This document shows positions 32,387 to 36,043 of a DNA stretch of 36,043 bases, piece by piece. The position numbers and the translations under genes are program-made. Under the pieces are notes generated by a model, which was not told the DNA's origin, ran no database searches, and saw only the letters and a program-made list of their open reading frames with translations. The stretch spans positions 1 through 36,043 of the forward strand of contig USLV01000001.1 in the NCBI GenBank assembly GCA_900555705.1, in the 5' to 3' direction. How positions within the stretch are numbered: the stretch's first letter is position 1; each line of letters starts with the position of its first letter. Source of the stretch: an uncultured Oscillospiraceae bacterium (GTDB lineage: Bacteria; Bacillota; Clostridia; Oscillospirales; Acutalibacteraceae).

Positions 32387-33635
32387 CGTCATCACCCCAA
32401 TTCAGGAAGAAGGTACCGTCGGATCGAGATGCCTCGAGCACCTGTGAGGTGAGCTCCAGCCCGGCGGGACAGACATGGGAACAGGCGCCGCAGCCGTCAC
32501 AGTCGTCGACACAGAGTGCCGCAAGACGCTCATAGTGTATATTCTCCGACTGTCGTACAATCTCATAGGGCAGCAGACCCGCGTGACAGACCCGTGCGCA
32601 ACGCCCGCAGCCGATGCAGACGCCGGTGCGGCTGCCTGCCGGTTCTGCAAGTGCCAGCACGCAGGTCACGCCGGGCAGCACCGGCGTATCGAGGCTGTCC
32701 GCCGCGACGCCGGTCATCATATCGCCGAGAATTACCCGTTCCGGCTCGGCGGAAAGACCACAATGGCGGAAGAGAGCATCAATCGGCGTGCCGAAGGGAA
32801 CCCAGAGGTTTTTCGGCGTGGCGACTGCGGTTCCCGCGACCGTCACGACACAGCCGATATGCGGCTCATCGAAAGCGACGGCGCGGTAAAGGGCCAGCAG
32901 TGCCTGCACGCCGATCCGGCCAATGGCTTTGCCGAGGGGATGGTCGTCGTATCGAACCACCGGATAACGGCTACCGACCTGATACAGCCGGTTGTCTCCA
33001 AGTCGCTGCTGAAGCGGACGGCGGCGTCCGCTCGGAAGCCGCACAGCGATCTGAACGGCATCGGCACCCACCACTCGCGCGGCCAGCTCAAGACCGGCCT
33101 GTACACGTTCGATATGCGCATTCAGCACGGCCCAGGCGCTGGAGGCATAGGGCTCCGCCTCCACGCCGTCGCCGACGAGCAGATCACAGCCCTCTGTGCT
33201 GAAGCGACGCAGCTTTTCATAGAGATAGACGCCGTCCAACTCGTCCACAATTGCCGCCTGCCGGGCAATATCCAGCAGGGCAGAGGCCGACAGGGAACCC
33301 GGTCGTACCACCTCCTGCGGCGGTGCGGGAACACTCACCATGCAGTCCAGTACCGCATAGCAGAGTTCGCCGAACAGCGGATGCGGCATGGTGCGCAGGC
33401 CGGTGAAAACACCGCTGACAGAGGCGGGAATCGTCGGGGCGTTCGGATGGGTAGATTGGGAGACGGCCTGCCCCCGCAGGACGGTGGCGTACTCCCGGAG
33501 CACGCACTGCCCCTCACCGGTGTAGGAGAGTGGGATATAGACACGCGGATTATCCGCGATTTCTTCGATGCTGCGGGAGGCGGCAGGCTCTTTCAAAGAC
33601 GGCAGCCGCACACCGCGTCTGGTTAGAATCGACAT
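32376..33635 (-). CDS. RnfC-like protein that lacks the NADH/FMN-binding GGAGFP motif but keeps two C-terminal 4Fe-4S motifs
   Basis: It starts MSIL like the canonical RnfC. An N-terminal barrel-like region is present. The C-terminus has CIGCGRCARVCHAG and CDGCGACSHVCPAG. No GGAGFP-type motif is present in the translation. Start set at ATG 33635, with GGAAAGG 9 nt upstream. Confidence 0.6.
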   Translation of the reverse strand: MSILTRRGVRLPSLKEPAASRSIEEIADNPRVYIPLSYTGEGQCVLREYATVLRGQAVSQSTHPNAPTIPASVSGVFTGLRTMPHPLFGELCYAVLDCMVSVPAPPQEVVRPGSLSASALLDIARQAAIVDELDGVYLYEKLRRFSTEGCDLLVGDGVEAEPYASSAWAVLNAHIERVQAGLELAARVVGADAVQIAVRLPSGRRRPLQQRLGDNRLYQVGSRYPVVRYDDHPLGKAIGRIGVQALLALYRAVAFDEPHIGCVVTVAGTAVATPKNLWVPFGTPIDALFRHCGLSAEPERVILGDMMTGVAADSLDTPVLPGVTCVLALAEPAGSRTGVCIGCGRCARVCHAGLLPYEIVRQSENIHYERLAALCVDDCDGCGACSHVCPAGLELTSQVLEASRSDGTFFLNWGDDDEL

Positions 33636-33756
33636 CTCGGGCATCCTTTCCGACGGCGTTTCCGCCGTGCAATTTCCATCATTCCCCGTCTTGCCGAAAG
33701 GGCGGGTTCAGCGGTATGATAATAGCAGTACATATGATGAAGAGGAGGTGCAGCCA

Positions 33757-34329
33757 ATGCACATGGAATTGTCGGAGAGCGGCTGCCTGACGATGATTCT
33801 GACGGATGCGGACCTGCTGCAGTTCGGCCTTTGTTTTGAGGAACTCGACTATGATAAGCCGGAGACCCGAAACGCCATCCAGGCGCTGCTTGCGGCGGCG
33901 AGGCGGGAGTTGGGGTTCCAGCCGACCGGCAGTCTGCTGGTCGAAGCGTTGCCGATTGAGGGCGGCTGTCTGCTGATGGTGACGCCCGCAAAAGCGGGAC
34001 GTCGTCTGCGGATGAAGCGCGCGGCCGGACCGTTTATCTATTCTCTGGCCGATGTAGATGCGTTGCTGCAGCTGGCCGCGGGCTGGCCGTTTGATGAGCC
34101 GCCCGAGGGCGGCAGCTCTCTCTATGCGTTCGGCGAAGGCTACCGACTGGTGCTGTACGGGAAGACCGCGGAGGGCAGCCTGATTCTTGAGGAGTGTGCA
34201 AAACAGATCGGGGAGGGAGATGCCGCTGCGGCTTTTACGGCAGAGCATGGGCGTGCACTGCTGGTAGGCGATGCGTTGACGCAGCTCTGCGCCGCCATGC
34301 ACCCCAGCACCGGCGGCTATAATGCCTGA
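33757..34329 (+). CDS. mecA: MecA-like adaptor protein (short clostridial type)
   Basis: MHMELSESGCLTMILTDADLLQFGLCFEELDYDKPETRNAIQALLAAARRELGF...VEALPIEGGCLLMVT resembles the MecA N-terminal region. GAGGAGGTG lies 6 nt upstream of ATG 33757. The tracked ORF from 33568 has no such support. Confidence 0.55.
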   Translation: MHMELSESGCLTMILTDADLLQFGLCFEELDYDKPETRNAIQALLAAARRELGFQPTGSLLVEALPIEGGCLLMVTPAKAGRRLRMKRAAGPFIYSLADVDALLQLAAGWPFDEPPEGGSSLYAFGEGYRLVLYGKTAEGSLILEECAKQIGEGDAAAAFTAEHGRALLVGDALTQLCAAMHPSTGGYNA

Positions 34330-34961
34330 ATCGACGCCACCAGTGCGGCGGGGTCTTCGGCAGCAAAAAAGGCGTTCCCAATCACAGCGGCAGTCGCACC
34401 GGCGGCGGCCGCTGTTTTGGCGTTGTGTTCGTTGACACCGCCGTCGATCTCGATGAGAAGGGCCTGTCCGCGTCGGGTGGTTTCCTCGCGGAGGGCTGTT
34501 ACCTTGCGCAGCATCTCCGGCATCAGCGACTGTCCGCCGAAGCCGGGTTCCACCGTCATGATGAGCGCCTGATCCAGCAGATCAAGATAAGGGAATATGG
34601 CCTCGACCGGCGTGGATGGACGGATCGACAGGCCTGTCCGCCTGCCAAGCGAACGAATGCGGCGGAGGGTTTCAGCAATCGGCGCACTGCATTCGAGATG
34701 GATGGTCAAACTGTCGGCGCCGGCATCAACGAACGCCTCCAGCAGTCGTTCCGGGTGCTCCAGCATCAGATGCACGTCAAAGGGCAGCGTACTGAGCGGC
34801 CGGAGCTGCCGGACGATCGGCGGGCCGAAGGTGAGGTTCGGGACAAAAACGCCATCCATGACGTCCAGGTGCAGCATATCGGCACCGGCGGCCGCCACCC
34901 GCGCGACCTCGCTGCCGAGGCGCGTGAAATCGCAGGTCAGAATCGATGGAGAAACCTTCAT
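34317..34961 (-). CDS. rpe: Ribulose-phosphate 3-epimerase
   Basis: MKVSPSILTCDFTRLGSEV...LHLDVMDGVFVPNLTFGP...DVHLM... carries the canonical Rpe motifs. 214 aa. Confidence 0.93.
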   Translation of the reverse strand: MKVSPSILTCDFTRLGSEVARVAAAGADMLHLDVMDGVFVPNLTFGPPIVRQLRPLSTLPFDVHLMLEHPERLLEAFVDAGADSLTIHLECSAPIAETLRRIRSLGRRTGLSIRPSTPVEAIFPYLDLLDQALIMTVEPGFGGQSLMPEMLRKVTALREETTRRGQALLIEIDGGVNEHNAKTAAAAGATAAVIGNAFFAAEDPAALVASIQAL

Positions 34962-35129
34962 AATGCCTCCAGAAATAATATCTTCAGTTTATCATTTTAC
35001 CTTATCTTCTGCCAAAGGTCAAGTCCGGTGTCAGCAGCAGGAGGAGATCGCGCGGCTGCTTTCAGAAATCTGGAAAGCACATATGAATGCCGAAAAATGT
35101 GTTATTACACCGTGAAAGGTGTGGAATAC

Positions 35130-35158
35130 TTGCAAAAATATGGAAAATATTGTATAGT
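35130..35158 (+). promoter_or_regulatory. Sigma-A type promoter upstream of the PqqD-like gene
   Basis: TTGCAA (35130-35135), a 17-nt spacer, then TATAGT (35153-35158). A 7-bp hairpin CAGCGAC/GTCGCTG follows in the 5' UTR. Confidence 0.5.
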
Positions 35159-35217
35159 GAAGGTGACAGACAGCGACCTTGGTTGTCGCTGGATACGATG
35201 AAAAACAGGAGGCGGAT

Positions 35218-35487
35218 ATGATGACATATGAGCGTAATGACAAGCTGGAGTATCTCGATACGGAGGATGGCCGGATGGTGGTATTTGATCCGGATTCGGG
35301 AGACACCCATTTTCTGGACGAAACAGGCCGGGAGATCCTGATGCTGCTGGAGGAACCGCTGGAAGAGACGGCATTGCTGCGGCAGTTGGCCGAGCGGTAC
35401 GAGGGAGACGAGCAGACAATCGCCGCAGATCTGCAGGTGTTTCTCGCAGAGCTCCAGCAGAAGCGCGTTCTGCTGGAGCGGACGTGA
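35218..35487 (+). CDS. PqqD family protein (stand-alone RiPP-recognition-element-like peptide chaperone)
   Basis: MMTYERNDKLEYLDTEDGRMVVFDPDSGDTHFLDETGREILMLLEEPLEETALLRQLAERYEGDEQTIAADLQVFLAELQQKRVL shows the typical PqqD pattern: beta strands, then the helices ...LN.tg..iw.ll....t...l...l...y.v......D...fl..L...gl. AGGAGG lies upstream of ATG 35218. Confidence 0.75.
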   Translation: MMTYERNDKLEYLDTEDGRMVVFDPDSGDTHFLDETGREILMLLEEPLEETALLRQLAERYEGDEQTIAADLQVFLAELQQKRVLLERT

Positions 35488-36043
35488 CGCCTGGAAAGCC
35501 GGACGGGCGGCCGACTTACCGGGAGGCGCTCGCCGGACGGATGGACGGCGCACGAAATGAACCGTTGGCGATCATCTGTAATGTGACACTGGAGCCGGCT
35601 TTTCTGGATTTCCTATACTATTATGATCCGCACACAGTTGTCTCGTTTTGTGAACCGGCGGCCTGGCTGGCCGAGCCACCGACTGAGCGGGTAGTGTGTC
35701 TGCTGCGGCTGCAGGAGCTCTGCCCCCGGTTGTACCATGGCATCTATACCATGTCGGAGGCGGAGCAGGAGGCTGAGTTGAAACAGGCATTGACGCTCTA
35801 TGAACAGCTTGCGGCGGTCTGGCGAATGCGGCGGACAGTGGTTTTACTCTTCCTGCCGGAGAGCGATCCCGGCGAGCGGGTTCCTCATGGGCTGCCGTCC
35901 TTCAACCGGGCAGTGGCACGCCTGAACCGGCGATTGGTGGAGCTTTCCGAAACCTGTCCAGCCCTGACGTTGGTGTCCGCTGACCGGGTGCTGACACGGG
36001 AAGGGTTTGAAACGGCGTGGGATCGGCGTGGGCTGTATGCGTT
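35484..36043 (+). CDS. Partial ORF (N-terminal about 186 aa, runs off the window); resembles the N-terminal region of FkbH-like / HAD-IIIC family proteins
   Basis: I translated it by hand; it is not in the ORF track because it has no stop. It reads VTPGKPDGRPTYREALAGRMDGARNEPLAIICNVTLEPAFLDFLYYYDPHTVVSF...VVLLFLPESDP...FNRAVARLNRRLVELSE...LTLVSADRVLTREGFETAWDRRGLYA. The GTG at 35484 overlaps the pqqD-like TGA (GTGA). An alternative start is ATG 35538. The family call is from memory of FkbH-domain patterns. Confidence 0.45.
   Translation, partial: MTPGKPDGRPTYREALAGRMDGARNEPLAIICNVTLEPAFLDFLYYYDPHTVVSFCEPAAWLAEPPTERVVCLLRLQELCPRLYHGIYTMSEAEQEAELKQALTLYEQLAAVWRMRRTVVLLFLPESDPGERVPHGLPSFNRAVARLNRRLVELSETCPALTLVSADRVLTREGFETAWDRRGLYA

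Noticed and set aside
28899-33626. Long plus-strand ORFs 28899..30374, 29777..30463, 31895..32452, 32475..33626 and 32516..33202.
   Set aside because: Same reasoning. They are Arg/Gly/Pro-rich low-complexity translations antisense to well-supported minus-strand genes.

Overview
The window looks like a chromosomal segment from a high-GC, spore-forming Clostridia-type Firmicute; the taxon is inferred from gene content only. Nearly all convincing genes are on the minus strand. Positions 1-18 are a Nextera/Tn5 adapter remnant.

Left core, 19-5.1 kb: prp (partial), rplU, spoVAC-spoVAD, an FAD/Rieske oxidoreductase and a GT2 glycosyltransferase.

AT-richer island, about 5.15-19.98 kb: it abuts a tRNA-Val/Glu/Met cluster and carries the most interesting content. 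This is a sigma-A-promoted operon encoding:
- three short precursor peptides whose cores are strict Cys-X3 repeats (10, 8 and 10 Cys);
- a 718-aa radical-SAM enzyme with one SPASM domain and a second SPASM-like Cys cluster;
- a small partner protein;
- an acyl carrier protein flanked by two different adenylate-forming ligases;
- two ABC exporter half-transporters and an SDR reductase;
- in a separate transcription unit, a BtrH_N/DUF4872-like protein.

I read this as a CXXX-repeat RiPP cluster with an unusual acyl-activation module, so possibly an acylated polythioether peptide.

Right core, 20.3-36 kb:
- a canonical rnfCDGEAB operon with Gx-transporter and NusG-domain-II genes, and a Cu/Zn SOD;
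- a second, stripped-down Rnf-like module (C-D-E-A only; its RnfC-like protein lacks the GGAGFP motif);
- apparently co-transcribed with that module, a membrane-anchored glycoside-hydrolase-like protein, a Cof-type HAD hydrolase and an HNH plus PD-(D/E)xK fusion nuclease;
- a mecA-like adaptor, rpe, and at the right edge a PqqD-like gene coupled to an FkbH-like ORF that runs off the window.

All calls rest on reading the translations and the sequence by eye. No database searches were run.
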